From the NCBI GenBank assembly GCA_041653515.1, contig JBAZFG010000002.1:125632-189631 (forward strand): 64,000 nucleotides of DNA. Direction: 5' to 3'. Under the pieces are notes generated by a model. The model saw nothing but the letters and a program-made list of their open reading frames with translations, did no database searches and had not been told where the DNA came from. Origin of the DNA: Candidatus Nanoarchaeia archaeon. Lineage in GTDB: Archaea > Nanobdellota > Nanobdellia > WJKC01. This document shows positions 39,122 to 48,634 of this stretch, piece after piece (within the stretch, counting starts at the first letter, position 1; the number at the start of each line of letters is the position of its first letter). The position numbers and the translations under genes are program-made.

Positions 39122-40141
39122 TCATATTGTCATCCTCGCTATGATGAATGCTGCCACGCAGAATAATGATTCAATCATCATTAAGAATGGAGTGATGTAT
39201 TCTTCTCGTTTTACTAATCTCATAGCTAAGTGTGTTAGTGAGTAAGTCTTCTTGTACTTAGGTTTTAGTGTGCCATCTTTCTGTAGTTCACCAAGACTGC
39301 TGGCCTTGAATTTCTTACGAGCTTTTAATGCAAACTCAATGAACCAAGGCGCGAACGCTATTAGCGCGAACTTCTCAATATTACCAATAATGATTGACGC
39401 GCCAAACACTGTGCCAACTAAGTATGGCAGTGTGTCGCCTGGCAGGAAACTCGCTGGGTACTTGTTGAATTTAAGGAAGCCTGCAAGACAAGCAGCTGTT
39501 GTTAAAGCAAGTATTGCGCCTTCAATCGTGCCGTAAAAATATGAGTATAAGCCAGTGCCAGTGAGTAATACTAAGCCTAAGCCTGTTTCTAAACCATTCA
39601 TGCCCGCGAGCATATTAGTCGCGTTGCCGCTGAAAATAATGATTAATGGCACAATGATTAGTGGGTAAATAATACCAATATTAACTGGCCCAACAAATGG
39701 AATGCTCACTAAGCTTTGGCCAGCGTTAATAGCCATTAATGGCACAGCAGCTATTAGTGAGATAATCACTTTATGCCATTGTTTTAATCCGATCCGCGTG
39801 TCAATCTCATCCTTATTAGTTCGTTGTTCTGGTTGAATGTTAATATCATCAAGGGTTATTAGTAAGGTTATTGTTAACACGCTTGTTAGGCCGGCGAATA
39901 ATAATGTTAAATTAGTTCCTGCGTTAGTGACAAAGACTGTGATGAAAATATAAGCCATTAAAGCTGTTAGTAAACCAATTGCTATTGGTATGCCACCACT
40001 GGTCGCCATCTTAGGCTTATTTTTCTTCTGGATATCCATTGCCTTCATACCTATTTTCTCAAGGAATCGCTTCAAGTAAGGGGCTATTATTATTGTGGCC
40101 ACAAAACCAGTTATTATTGTTATGATTAATGATTCATCCAT
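39122..40141 (-). CDS. MraY/WecA-family UDP-GlcNAc:dolichyl-P GlcNAc-1-P transferase (AglH-like)
   Basis: 339-aa polytopic protein; 'KPKMATSGGIPIA' P-x-GG loop; 'TLDDIN' DDxxD-like motif; adjacent to aglB. Confidence 0.5.
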   Translation of the reverse strand: MDESLIITIITGFVATIIIAPYLKRFLEKIGMKAMDIQKKNKPKMATSGGIPIAIGLLTALMAYIFITVFVTNAGTNLTLLFAGLTSVLTITLLITLDDINIQPEQRTNKDEIDTRIGLKQWHKVIISLIAAVPLMAINAGQSLVSIPFVGPVNIGIIYPLIIVPLIIIFSGNATNMLAGMNGLETGLGLVLLTGTGLYSYFYGTIEGAILALTTAACLAGFLKFNKYPASFLPGDTLPYLVGTVFGASIIIGNIEKFALIAFAPWFIEFALKARKKFKASSLGELQKDGTLKPKYKKTYSLTHLAMRLVKREEYITPFLMMIESLFCVAAFIIARMTI

Positions 40142-40178
40142 TAAGGAAATGTTAGGGTGATTAGTTTTTTAATTGTTT

Positions 40179-40339
40179 GCCCCCGCAGTTTGGAATAAAC
40201 TTTTTTCAATAAGCAGGGGGATCAGGAAATGCCTAAAACTGAGGGGGATGTGCCCCCGCGGTTTGGAATAAACTTTTTTCAATAAGCAGGGGGATCAGGA
40301 AATGCCTAAAACTGAGGGGGATGTGCCCCCGCGGTTTGG
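40179..40339. repeat. tandem direct repeat, 73-bp unit x 2.2, GC-rich hairpin element
   Basis: Units 40179-40251 and 40252-40324 differ at one position (a/g); a third partial unit 40325-40339 ends at the aglB stop codon; the reverse complement matches the elements at 57371 and 62941. Confidence 0.85.
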
Positions 40340-42958
40340 TTACCAGGCAGGACTGCCGTTATCAACCCATGGCATCATTGCAGTATAATTAATGTGATAA
40401 ATATTAATGTTGGTTGGGTCGTATTGTGATATTAATCCTCTTATGTTTAGTGAGTTACTTGAGTAGACTAATTCAAAACCAGGTATTGTTTCGTTCAATA
40501 AGTATAAGTGAGTCATGAAACGATCATTTAAGTCTGATGGGATGTGAATTAAGCCTCCTTCAATGAATTCAATACAAGAGTCAATGCCGTTAGTCTCATT
40601 AAAGTAAGTGCAGCCATTACCATAATCACAAACGCAATTGTATGGGTGAAGCGTGTTACTGCCCGTAGCTAAGTTATAAACTACTGCTTGTGGCTGACCA
40701 AAAGATTGGTCTTCAGCCATTGGTATTAAAACGTTTACTATGTAACTCTCGCCTTTAGGGAATAATACACCATCAATGATTGTGTCAGCGCCAACATAAC
40801 CTGGTGAGGCTAAGTAATTGAAAACTAGTAGTGTGCTGAATTGTTCAGGATTATACAAGTTATTATCCACTTGCTGGCTGTAAGTGTAAGGTGCGTAATA
40901 ACCTGGCCTGCCACCAATATTAGCCATCTGAACATATTTTAGTATATCATCATCCATGACTAATAAATAATTAGGCCTATTGCCTGTTTCATTATTCTTG
41001 AAGTAATCAAGTGAGTCATAAACCTCTGTCATGTTAAAGCCGCTAAACATTTGGCCGCCAATAACTTCATCCCATACTACTTGGAAGTTACCCCCATCAA
41101 CTGTTGTTGCCCGCTCGCCCATGGTTTGAACCCAGTAACCATAATCCCACCAATGAGTGAATACAGCGTTAGTGTCAGTGTTATTCCTAACCCAACTCAT
41201 TGATTCGCCCCAATCATTAGTGAAGCTTGGAATCATTGTTGAAGCATCTTCAACAATAACATAGTAACTCCATATTACTAATAGTATTGCGACTGCGTAA
41301 ATAGCTGTTGAGTAAACTTTATCACTTGTTATTTTGCTGATTAAATTATTTATCCGCTCAATAGCGTAAGCAGCTAATAACACGAATATTGGGGTGCTAG
41401 CAAAGACAATTCTTATTGCGCCCCTAGTTGCAATAACACTTAAAGCAAACCATAAGATGATTATTAGTTTACTTGGCGTTAACTCACCCCACTTACTGCT
41501 CTTATGGAATTTAATGTAAAATAATATTACTGTTAAAGCCAATAATGGCAGTGTTAGTAAGTAAGTGTTCTCAAAGAATAAATTAATTGCTTCATAACCG
41601 TTTAAGTTAACGAATTTGCTAAACATGAAGAATAAGATGAACACAGTAAACATTATCACTACTGATGTGGCTTTCTTGCCAAACTTACCTAATACTTCTT
41701 GAACTAATAATGCTCCACCAATAACAAATAATGGCACAAACCATTGAAGCCTATGCCACCAGTCAACCCCGTTAGGGTCATAGAACCATGGGGCTTGGTT
41801 TTCAGTAACTGAGACGCAGAAAGCACAAGTGCCAAAAGGGTTTAGTATTGTATCAAGAGCGCCTTGTAGTTTGGCGCCAACATCAAATAATCCAGTTAAT
41901 TGCATTACTGGCAGACCAACCATTATTAATACTGCCATCATTATTACGAAATAAAAATTATCAGGCCACTTCTTGTTCTTGATTAAGTTACTGATGAATA
42001 AATCATAAACAATTTTTAATCCAAGCACTAACGCTGTGATAGTTGGTATTAAGAACATATCAATCATGATTAAACCAAAACCATTATAGCGCAGGGTCAT
42101 TGTAGCGTTCATTAATATTATTGGGATGAACCACGCAAAGTAAGTGATTACGTTTTTATTGCTTAATTTACCCATTAAAGCAAGGAATAGGAATGCTAAG
42201 CCAATGCTGAAGAATAAGAAGTTAGCCCCACCCCAAGTCAGGCTTGATAAGCCAGCTAATACGCCTGATATTAACCCGTAAATTAATGCTTGTTTAGTCT
42301 TATTTGCCCTAATTGATTTGACTAATGCATAAATCATGCTAAACCAAAAGACTGTTGCAAGCGCTTCCTTATCACTAAACCCTGCCATGGTCCTGAATAA
42401 ATATGATGGGATTAATGATAAAAACGCTGTGGCAATTAACGCTGTTTTCTTGTTGAATATTTCTTTAGTCATTAAGAAAAAGAATATCATGCTTATTACA
42501 AACGCAACAACTGGGTAAATCATTGAATAACTCATTAGTTCGCCGCCAAATAATGGGTGAAATATTGTGTATAATCCTGCAACAAAGTAAGACACTAATT
42601 GGTGCTCCTTGAAAGTGCTAAAACCTTCTGGAAAATAACGAAATGAATCCATTTCAGGCAGGGTGCCCTGCTCCACTAGTGTTTCAGTGTAGCGGTAAAA
42701 AACATACGGGTCAAGACCAAGCAATAAACCATTGTATAATGGTATGCTTAGCATCCTAACCCAAGCCCCAACTAATATAATACTAATTAATGCTGCGTAT
42801 AATATTATCTTCTTATTTTCTTTGAGGAATTTTACTGCTTCGCCAAAATTAAGTTCATCCTCATCAGTGGTTGCTGGTTTTTTCTCTTTCTTATCACTGC
42901 TAAACCAGCCTTTAATCTTTCGCCCTATCTCCCCGAAATCAATTTCTTCATCACTCAA
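40340..42958 (-). CDS. aglB: archaeal oligosaccharyltransferase AglB (STT3 family)
   Basis: 'FTHWWDYGYWVQTMG' canonical WWDYG motif; N-terminal 'GLDPYVFYRY' first-loop DxD-type motif; ~13 TM helices plus a C-terminal soluble domain. Confidence 0.85.
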   Translation of the reverse strand: MSDEEIDFGEIGRKIKGWFSSDKKEKKPATTDEDELNFGEAVKFLKENKKIILYAALISIILVGAWVRMLSIPLYNGLLLGLDPYVFYRYTETLVEQGTLPEMDSFRYFPEGFSTFKEHQLVSYFVAGLYTIFHPLFGGELMSYSMIYPVVAFVISMIFFFLMTKEIFNKKTALIATAFLSLIPSYLFRTMAGFSDKEALATVFWFSMIYALVKSIRANKTKQALIYGLISGVLAGLSSLTWGGANFLFFSIGLAFLFLALMGKLSNKNVITYFAWFIPIILMNATMTLRYNGFGLIMIDMFLIPTITALVLGLKIVYDLFISNLIKNKKWPDNFYFVIMMAVLIMVGLPVMQLTGLFDVGAKLQGALDTILNPFGTCAFCVSVTENQAPWFYDPNGVDWWHRLQWFVPLFVIGGALLVQEVLGKFGKKATSVVIMFTVFILFFMFSKFVNLNGYEAINLFFENTYLLTLPLLALTVILFYIKFHKSSKWGELTPSKLIIILWFALSVIATRGAIRIVFASTPIFVLLAAYAIERINNLISKITSDKVYSTAIYAVAILLVIWSYYVIVEDASTMIPSFTNDWGESMSWVRNNTDTNAVFTHWWDYGYWVQTMGERATTVDGGNFQVVWDEVIGGQMFSGFNMTEVYDSLDYFKNNETGNRPNYLLVMDDDILKYVQMANIGGRPGYYAPYTYSQQVDNNLYNPEQFSTLLVFNYLASPGYVGADTIIDGVLFPKGESYIVNVLIPMAEDQSFGQPQAVVYNLATGSNTLHPYNCVCDYGNGCTYFNETNGIDSCIEFIEGGLIHIPSDLNDRFMTHLYLLNETIPGFELVYSSNSLNIRGLISQYDPTNINIYHINYTAMMPWVDNGSPAW

Positions 42959-42965
42959 TTTAACA

Positions 42966-43784
42966 TCATACTCCTAATGAAATGTAAACCTCTAATAATC
43001 CCCCGATTATTAATACAATGCTTGCAAGCACTATTAAATCAATGGAATCAAGTAATACCTCTTTAAATTTATTACTCTTAGGGTCATGCCTTATTACTGC
43101 TGCACTAATAATGCCTCCTGCAATGCCTGCGAGGAAGTAAGCAATTAATTCTGGCAGACCATGAACTAAGTAACGACCAAACCCTAGTGGCACTGCCTGA
43201 AAATAAGAAGACCAATTACTAATATTGGTTTTAATTGCGTTGCCAATAGCGACGCCGAGCACGCTTGAGTTCCACGTGATAATAAATATTGCGCCCGCCC
43301 CGTATAATAAGCTAAATATTAAGCAGAAGAGTAATACTTTGAAGTTATTGGCTAATATTATTTTTAATAAATCTGTTTGCACTGCATTGCCTTGAATGGC
43401 TGATGAGTTAATGCTTCTGATAGTGTTTATTTGCTCTGAGAATATTTTTGCGTTAAGGCTGTCAGGCATTATGACATACCATGTGGTGAATGTTATTAAT
43501 AATCCCATTGACATGAAGAATATTACGCCGAGCACATCTTTATGATTGCCAATTAAGGGGTATTGTTTTTTGGTGAAATCCTCTGATTCCTCTCGTTTTA
43601 GCACGTTAACTAGTAATGGCACGCCAGCCATTGTTGTAAGAAAAACCATACTTAATGACGGGTCTGATGGGAATAACCACATGCTGACTACTAAGCCAAG
43701 GCTCGCGTATATCACGCCTAATATTGTCATTTTCCAAGGCTTGGCTCTAACTTCTTTACTGCTTAATATTGACTCAAAAACCAT
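42966..43784 (-). CDS. integral membrane protein (SpoIIM/DUF95-like)
   Basis: 272 aa, about six hydrophobic helices; no catalytic motif recognised. Confidence 0.35.
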   Translation of the reverse strand: MVFESILSSKEVRAKPWKMTILGVIYASLGLVVSMWLFPSDPSLSMVFLTTMAGVPLLVNVLKREESEDFTKKQYPLIGNHKDVLGVIFFMSMGLLITFTTWYVIMPDSLNAKIFSEQINTIRSINSSAIQGNAVQTDLLKIILANNFKVLLFCLIFSLLYGAGAIFIITWNSSVLGVAIGNAIKTNISNWSSYFQAVPLGFGRYLVHGLPELIAYFLAGIAGGIISAAVIRHDPKSNKFKEVLLDSIDLIVLASIVLIIGGLLEVYISLGV

Positions 43785-44838
43785 TAATCACCTCTAATTT
43801 TCGGCTCCTGCCTTGGAATCCTTCGCCAGTATCAGTTGCTTTGATTAGTCCTTGTTTTCTTAATCGGTTAATGTAGCGCCTAAAACTCCTAATGCTTAAT
43901 TCGCCATGTATCTCGCGGTAATTCTTGTAAGCATCGCCGCTAATAATATTAGGGTTCTCTTTTATGATGTTAATTATTTTTTCTTCATGGTCGCTTAATT
44001 CCTGAGGTAAGTTAATAGTTATTGTCTTAATTGCTTCTTCAACGTGCTTGACTGTTATTTTCCTGCTAGCATCCCGCTCAGCCCTGCGTCCAGCTTCTAA
44101 TAATAAGTTGATTGCTTTCCTAACATCTGTGCCTGAATTAATACTTACTTCATGGACTACTCCTTCGCTTACAACACTTGGGTGGAACGCTTGTTTGGCC
44201 CTGCGTTCAATAATGTTTTTCATCTCGCGCGTAGTGTATGGCTTGAACTCCATGTTATTAAGGTTTAATCGCGACATTAATCGTGGTTCAATATAATTCT
44301 TGTACTTAGGGTTGTTAGTGACCATTAAGATGCATACCCGTTCTAAGTTTAGTAATGAGTATATTATGTCAAGGTCTTTTATTTTATCCACTTCATCAAG
44401 GCAGACTACTGCTCCTTTTTCCCTTAGTTTTCTCATCGCGTTATTAAGTATTTCTTCGGTCGGCACACCTTTAGGGGGATAGAGCATGCCTAATCGTCGC
44501 GCTATCTCTAAAGCTATTGTGTGAGTGGTCTGGCTTTCCCAGCAATTAATGAATACTGGTACAATATCGCTGGTCTCTTTTAATTCGTTAAAAATATATT
44601 TGATGCTCGCTGTCTTGCCAAGCCCAGGCATGCCGTGGATGAATACATTACTCCCTAAGCGATTTTGTAATAATGGTTTGATGAAACTAGCTATTTCTTT
44701 AATCTCATTGTCCCGTTCAGGCATTTCTTCTGGTTGGAATTTATAATCGAGAATAGTTTCATCCTTGAACAAAGTCTCGTTGTCCATCAGGATATCTTTG
44801 AATAAGCCCCCCATAATAGTAAGGGACACGCTAATCAT
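43774..44838 (-). CDS. orc1: Orc1/Cdc6 replication initiator (AAA+)
   Basis: Walker A 'GMPGLGKTAS'; 'VCLDEVD' Walker B; C-terminal winged-helix region. Confidence 0.85.
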   Translation of the reverse strand: MISVSLTIMGGLFKDILMDNETLFKDETILDYKFQPEEMPERDNEIKEIASFIKPLLQNRLGSNVFIHGMPGLGKTASIKYIFNELKETSDIVPVFINCWESQTTHTIALEIARRLGMLYPPKGVPTEEILNNAMRKLREKGAVVCLDEVDKIKDLDIIYSLLNLERVCILMVTNNPKYKNYIEPRLMSRLNLNNMEFKPYTTREMKNIIERRAKQAFHPSVVSEGVVHEVSINSGTDVRKAINLLLEAGRRAERDASRKITVKHVEEAIKTITINLPQELSDHEEKIINIIKENPNIISGDAYKNYREIHGELSIRSFRRYINRLRKQGLIKATDTGEGFQGRSRKLEVINGF

Positions 44839-44892
44839 TATTAAAGGTTCCGATAATAAGTCTTAAATAATTGTTAAGCACAATAATTAATC

Positions 44893-45384
44893 ATGGCAAA
44901 GGAGTTTTCAGATAATTTAGGTGATAAAGCTAATGAGGATTATCAGCAAACACTTGAGATTATTTTTAGCTCAATTCTTGACCCATTGTTTGAGTTACAA
45001 AACGATGTTTTTGAGTTAAAGGGTTATGTGACTAATGTGCTGCCTGATTATATTAAAAAGTTAGTTACAACTGGTGTTGAAGAATTATACGTTAAAATAA
45101 TTGCATTCTTTAATGAGCGTGACCGAAAAATAAATGATTATTTTGACCAACAAAGAGGTCAGATTAATCAGCCAACTAATATTCCTGTTAATAGTTATGT
45201 TGTAGGTAACACTGCTATTGGTTTTAAGACGCTTGATGATTTAACCCCGCCACCGCCGCCTAAGAAGCTTGATCAATCATTTGAGAGTTCTATGTGTGAA
45301 GTAAAAAATAAACAGGATACTGTTCGTAAAAATATTATTGATGAATTAAAAGAATTGTTTACTAAGCGCGGCCCAATTGATTAA
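44893..45384 (+). CDS. hypothetical protein
   Basis: 163-aa ORF, acidic, 'PPPPPKK' linker; AT-rich. Confidence 0.4.
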   Translation: MAKEFSDNLGDKANEDYQQTLEIIFSSILDPLFELQNDVFELKGYVTNVLPDYIKKLVTTGVEELYVKIIAFFNERDRKINDYFDQQRGQINQPTNIPVNSYVVGNTAIGFKTLDDLTPPPPPKKLDQSFESSMCEVKNKQDTVRKNIIDELKELFTKRGPID

Positions 45385-45848
45385 TTTCTTAGTATATTAA
45401 CTGCTTTGATTGCTTTAATGAGCATTTTCTTGTTGACTGGTTTATTGCTTTTTAATGCGTTTTGTTGTTGTTTCCTATGCAATTCATTTATTGAGTAGCT
45501 TAGTATTACTTCAACACTTTTATCATAGTAACCGCTGGTTTTTAAGTAATAAGTGCCGTTTCCGAAATAAGTTATTCTAATATTATACTCATCGGTTTTA
45601 CTAAGCCCTACTGCTGTGAATGAATTCTTTGCTGGTGTCTTAATTGATTGATTAATCATCTGTTCTAACTGGCTGATTGATAACTCTTTTTGGTTAAGTG
45701 TTTTAAGGCTTTTTTCTTTAGCACTGATTAATTCAAGTGTTAACCCGCTTAGCCAGCCAATTGCAACGTATGTTTTTCCTGTTATTGCTTTGCTCATTTC
45801 TTGAGCAACGAATAACTCATCATCAAATTTTAGTGATGTGTACATCAT
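45381..45848 (-). CDS. hypothetical protein
   Basis: 155-aa ORF with no recognisable motif. Confidence 0.4.
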   Translation of the reverse strand: MMYTSLKFDDELFVAQEMSKAITGKTYVAIGWLSGLTLELISAKEKSLKTLNQKELSISQLEQMINQSIKTPAKNSFTAVGLSKTDEYNIRITYFGNGTYYLKTSGYYDKSVEVILSYSINELHRKQQQNALKSNKPVNKKMLIKAIKAVNILRN

Positions 45849-45877
45849 TAATTGTTTCTTTTTATTATCTTATATAC

Positions 45878-46393
45878 TTAATTGGTTGATTCAAATAAGT
45901 TGTTGAGTGTTTTGTAATCAATTATTAGGCTTTTTTTTAGCTGAAATTTTGTTGTGTTAATTAATTGTTCTTGGTTTAAGTCTTTGATTTTGTTTACTTT
46001 GATGATTACATCATCCTCGTTCTTGATTATTACTGAGTCAATAGTATTGTATTGGGTAAACGTATTAGTTCTTAACTCAAATTGTTTGTTCTTCTTAACT
46101 ATTTTAAGGAAACTAAAATAACCTTCATCAAATAAAGGTTCTTTCATTGAATCATTAATTATGTTGTTAAACTCATTTTTGTTAATAAATTTATATGGGT
46201 TAATTATTATTAATCTAACCTCATCTAATCTTAACATACCTATTAATTGCTCTCTTCTTCTTCCCATTAATGCTGCTAAATTGATTGGTCCATGGTTGAA
46301 ATCATACCAGTAGTTAGTAATTAATTTATGGTCATTGCTCTCTCTAATCTTATGATTAACATCTGGTTTTGGTTTGTATTGGCCATTATTCAT
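45878..46393 (-). CDS. hypothetical protein
   Basis: 171-aa ORF with no recognisable motif. Confidence 0.4.
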   Translation of the reverse strand: MNNGQYKPKPDVNHKIRESNDHKLITNYWYDFNHGPINLAALMGRRREQLIGMLRLDEVRLIIINPYKFINKNEFNNIINDSMKEPLFDEGYFSFLKIVKKNKQFELRTNTFTQYNTIDSVIIKNEDDVIIKVNKIKDLNQEQLINTTKFQLKKSLIIDYKTLNNLFESTN

Positions 46394-46444
46394 ATTCTTT
46401 ATTACCCATAATCTTTTTTATAACAATTACTGTCCTACAATCCC

Positions 46445-47440
46445 ATGGGTGTTAATATTCGCGATTTAGTTACGCCAGTTAGGACAGACCTTAAGTCTTT
46501 ATCTGGCTGTAAGATTGGGGTTGACGCTTTTAACTGGTTATACCAGTTTATCTCAACTATCCGCCAGCCTGACGGCACGCCGTTAATGGATTCTAAAGGC
46601 AGGGTGACTAGTCATTTAACTGGCTTATTTTATCGGGTGTTTAAGTTGCTTGAGTATGGGATTAAGCCTTGTTTTGTTTTTGACGGCAAAGCGCCTGATT
46701 TTAAGTTAGTGACTGCTGAGCGTGTTAAGCGTAAGGTTGAGGCTAAGCGTAAGTATGCGCAAGCGTTGGCTGAGGAGGATTTTGTTCGCGCCCGCAGTCT
46801 GGCAGGTCAGACGAGCCGATTAACTGGTGAAATGGTATCTCAGGCTAAGGAGTTAATCATTGCTATGGGCTTGCCTGTTATTCAGGCGCCAAGCGAGGGC
46901 GAGGCCCAGATTGCTTATATGACTAGTCAGGGTGATTTTTGGGCTAGTGCTAGTCAGGATTATGATACTTTGTTGTTTGGTAGTCCGCGGTTGGTTAAGA
47001 ATATTAATATTGTTGGCAAGAAGCGCTTGCCTCGTGGTGGTTTTGTTGAGGTTGTGCCTGAAGTGATTGAATTAAAATCATTACTTGAATCACTTGGCTT
47101 GTCCCGAGAGCAATTAATTCAGCTTGGCGTATTAGTTGGTACTGATTTTAATCCTGGCGGGGTTAAGGGTGTTGGGCCTAAGACTGCGCTTAAATTAGTC
47201 CGCGCTCATACTAATCCTTTTACGCAAGTTGATTGGGTATCCAGTATTAAACCTGAGTTTATTATTGATTTTTTCCTTCATCCACCAGTGATTAAGGATT
47301 ACAAACTGGTTTGGTCTGCGCCTGATTTTGATAAAGTTAAGTCAATCTTAACTTCATTTGAGTTTAGTGAGACAAGGATTGAGAATGTTTTTAAGAAATT
47401 CCGTGAGTCAGGTCAATCACAATTAAATAAGTGGTTTTAG
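46445..47440 (+). CDS. fen1: flap endonuclease FEN-1
   Basis: 'MGVNIRDLV...CKIGVDAFNWLYQF...KPCFVFDGKAP' N-domain; 'GTDFNPGGVKGVGPKTALKL' H3TH motif. Confidence 0.85.
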   Translation: MGVNIRDLVTPVRTDLKSLSGCKIGVDAFNWLYQFISTIRQPDGTPLMDSKGRVTSHLTGLFYRVFKLLEYGIKPCFVFDGKAPDFKLVTAERVKRKVEAKRKYAQALAEEDFVRARSLAGQTSRLTGEMVSQAKELIIAMGLPVIQAPSEGEAQIAYMTSQGDFWASASQDYDTLLFGSPRLVKNINIVGKKRLPRGGFVEVVPEVIELKSLLESLGLSREQLIQLGVLVGTDFNPGGVKGVGPKTALKLVRAHTNPFTQVDWVSSIKPEFIIDFFLHPPVIKDYKLVWSAPDFDKVKSILTSFEFSETRIENVFKKFRESGQSQLNKWF

Positions 47441-48112
47441 TTATTTTCTTTTTTTCTTGAAAAAACTCTTAGCAGGTCCTTCCTTGATCGCCCAGCCAAA
47501 ACCAATGCCAATAGCAAGGCTAATACCAAGACTAACCCCTAATACAATATACTTAAAAGTGTCTTCGAGTAAGCTTGTGTTAGTTAGGCCGAATTTTGGT
47601 AAAGCCATTACCACTGCAAAGAATAATATAATGCCATAAACAATTTCTGCTATTGTCTCGTTGAATGGTATTGCGTTGCTCTTGATTTTCTTGCGCACGA
47701 AGTCAGCAAATACCATTGCAATAATTATTATTCCTGCCCCAACGCTTACTTCTGGTATTGCTCTTATTATGCCGTCAAATAATTCTGCCAAGAAAGTTAG
47801 GCTGGTCCTGACAGCTGCTTCTTTGAGGAATATAATGATAATGTAATACTTAACTATTAAGCTGACCGCATTAGTTACTGATATATTATAGAGTGATTCT
47901 TTTAGTTTCATTTTTTTTAGCCATTCATCAATTTGTGAGGCAGTCATTAATTTCTTGATTATTACTTCACTTATTTTTGCCACAACCCAACCGAGTAGTA
48001 ATATTAGTAATGCAGTGATTATTTTTGGCAAAGCTAGTATTAATGCTGTGGCTGATTCTTGTAATGCTTGAGCTGGTAATTCAACAATATTTAGTAAAGT
48101 ATCATTAACCAT
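47441..48112 (-). CDS. integral membrane protein
   Basis: Multi-TM; the likely start is the internal 'MVNDTLLNIV' rather than the upstream extension that overlaps the next gene. Confidence 0.4.
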   Translation of the reverse strand: MVNDTLLNIVELPAQALQESATALILALPKIITALLILLLGWVVAKISEVIIKKLMTASQIDEWLKKMKLKESLYNISVTNAVSLIVKYYIIIIFLKEAAVRTSLTFLAELFDGIIRAIPEVSVGAGIIIIAMVFADFVRKKIKSNAIPFNETIAEIVYGIILFFAVVMALPKFGLTNTSLLEDTFKYIVLGVSLGISLAIGIGFGWAIKEGPAKSFFKKKRK

Positions 48113-48170
48113 TATTCTTGTCTTAATGACCGTTAATTTTAAAACGTTTACTAATACTATTATTATTTGT

Positions 48171-48443
48171 ATGGAGCTTGATTCACAGTTAGAAAAAGAG
48201 TACGCGCGCACTGTTTTCGCGTTTAAAGAGTTATCAGTGACTGACTCACAGCAAGCGCGTGAATTATATGAGCTGGTTAAATCTTATTATGATGACGCGC
48301 TTCACTTTTACAATAAGGGCTTGAAATTAGAATCTTTTGAGTTATTCGCTTATGTTTGGGGTTTGCTTGACGCTGGCGCCAGGCTTGGTTTGTTTGACCC
48401 TGGTGCTGCGCGCCAGCACTATAAGATAGAGCAACATATTTAA
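48171..48443 (+). CDS. conserved hypothetical protein
   Basis: ORF from 'MELDSQLEKEY...'. Confidence 0.3.
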   Translation: MELDSQLEKEYARTVFAFKELSVTDSQQARELYELVKSYYDDALHFYNKGLKLESFELFAYVWGLLDAGARLGLFDPGAARQHYKIEQHI

Positions 48444-48469
48444 ACCATTAATCTTTCTTTTTTCTTTTA

Positions 48470-48634
48470 ATGGTAAAGCATTGTGTTTCTTGTGGTAAGG
48501 ATGTTAGCACTATCAATAATAGTGTTGTTTTTGATTGCCCTAAGTGCGGTAAGGGTAAGATTGTTCGTTGTGGTAAGTGTCGCAGGTTAGGGATTAGTTA
48601 CTCGTGTGTTGAATGCGGGTTTAAGGGGTTGTGA
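48470..48634 (+). CDS. Zn-ribbon protein (COG2888-like) upstream of aEF-1beta
   Basis: 54 aa, 'CVSCG..18..CPKCG..7..CGKCRR..9..CVECG' (four CxxC pairs); the stop overlaps the start of the next gene. Confidence 0.45.
   Translation: MVKHCVSCGKDVSTINNSVVFDCPKCGKGKIVRCGKCRRLGISYSCVECGFKGL

Noticed and set aside
40179-40339. Possible CRISPR array
   Set aside because: There are only about two direct copies with no intervening unique spacers, and the unit length (73 bp) and near-identity are not CRISPR-like. No cas genes are present in the window.
44839-44892. Replication origin next to orc1/cdc6
   Set aside because: The upstream intergenic space is only ~54 bp and I could not identify ORB-type repeats by eye, so no origin call is supportable.
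45381-46393. Toxin-antitoxin or defence-system call for the small ORFs between orc1 and fen1
   Set aside because: No recognisable nuclease, ATPase, HEPN/PIN or other defence-associated motifs were seen, and gene sizes and arrangement are not diagnostic.
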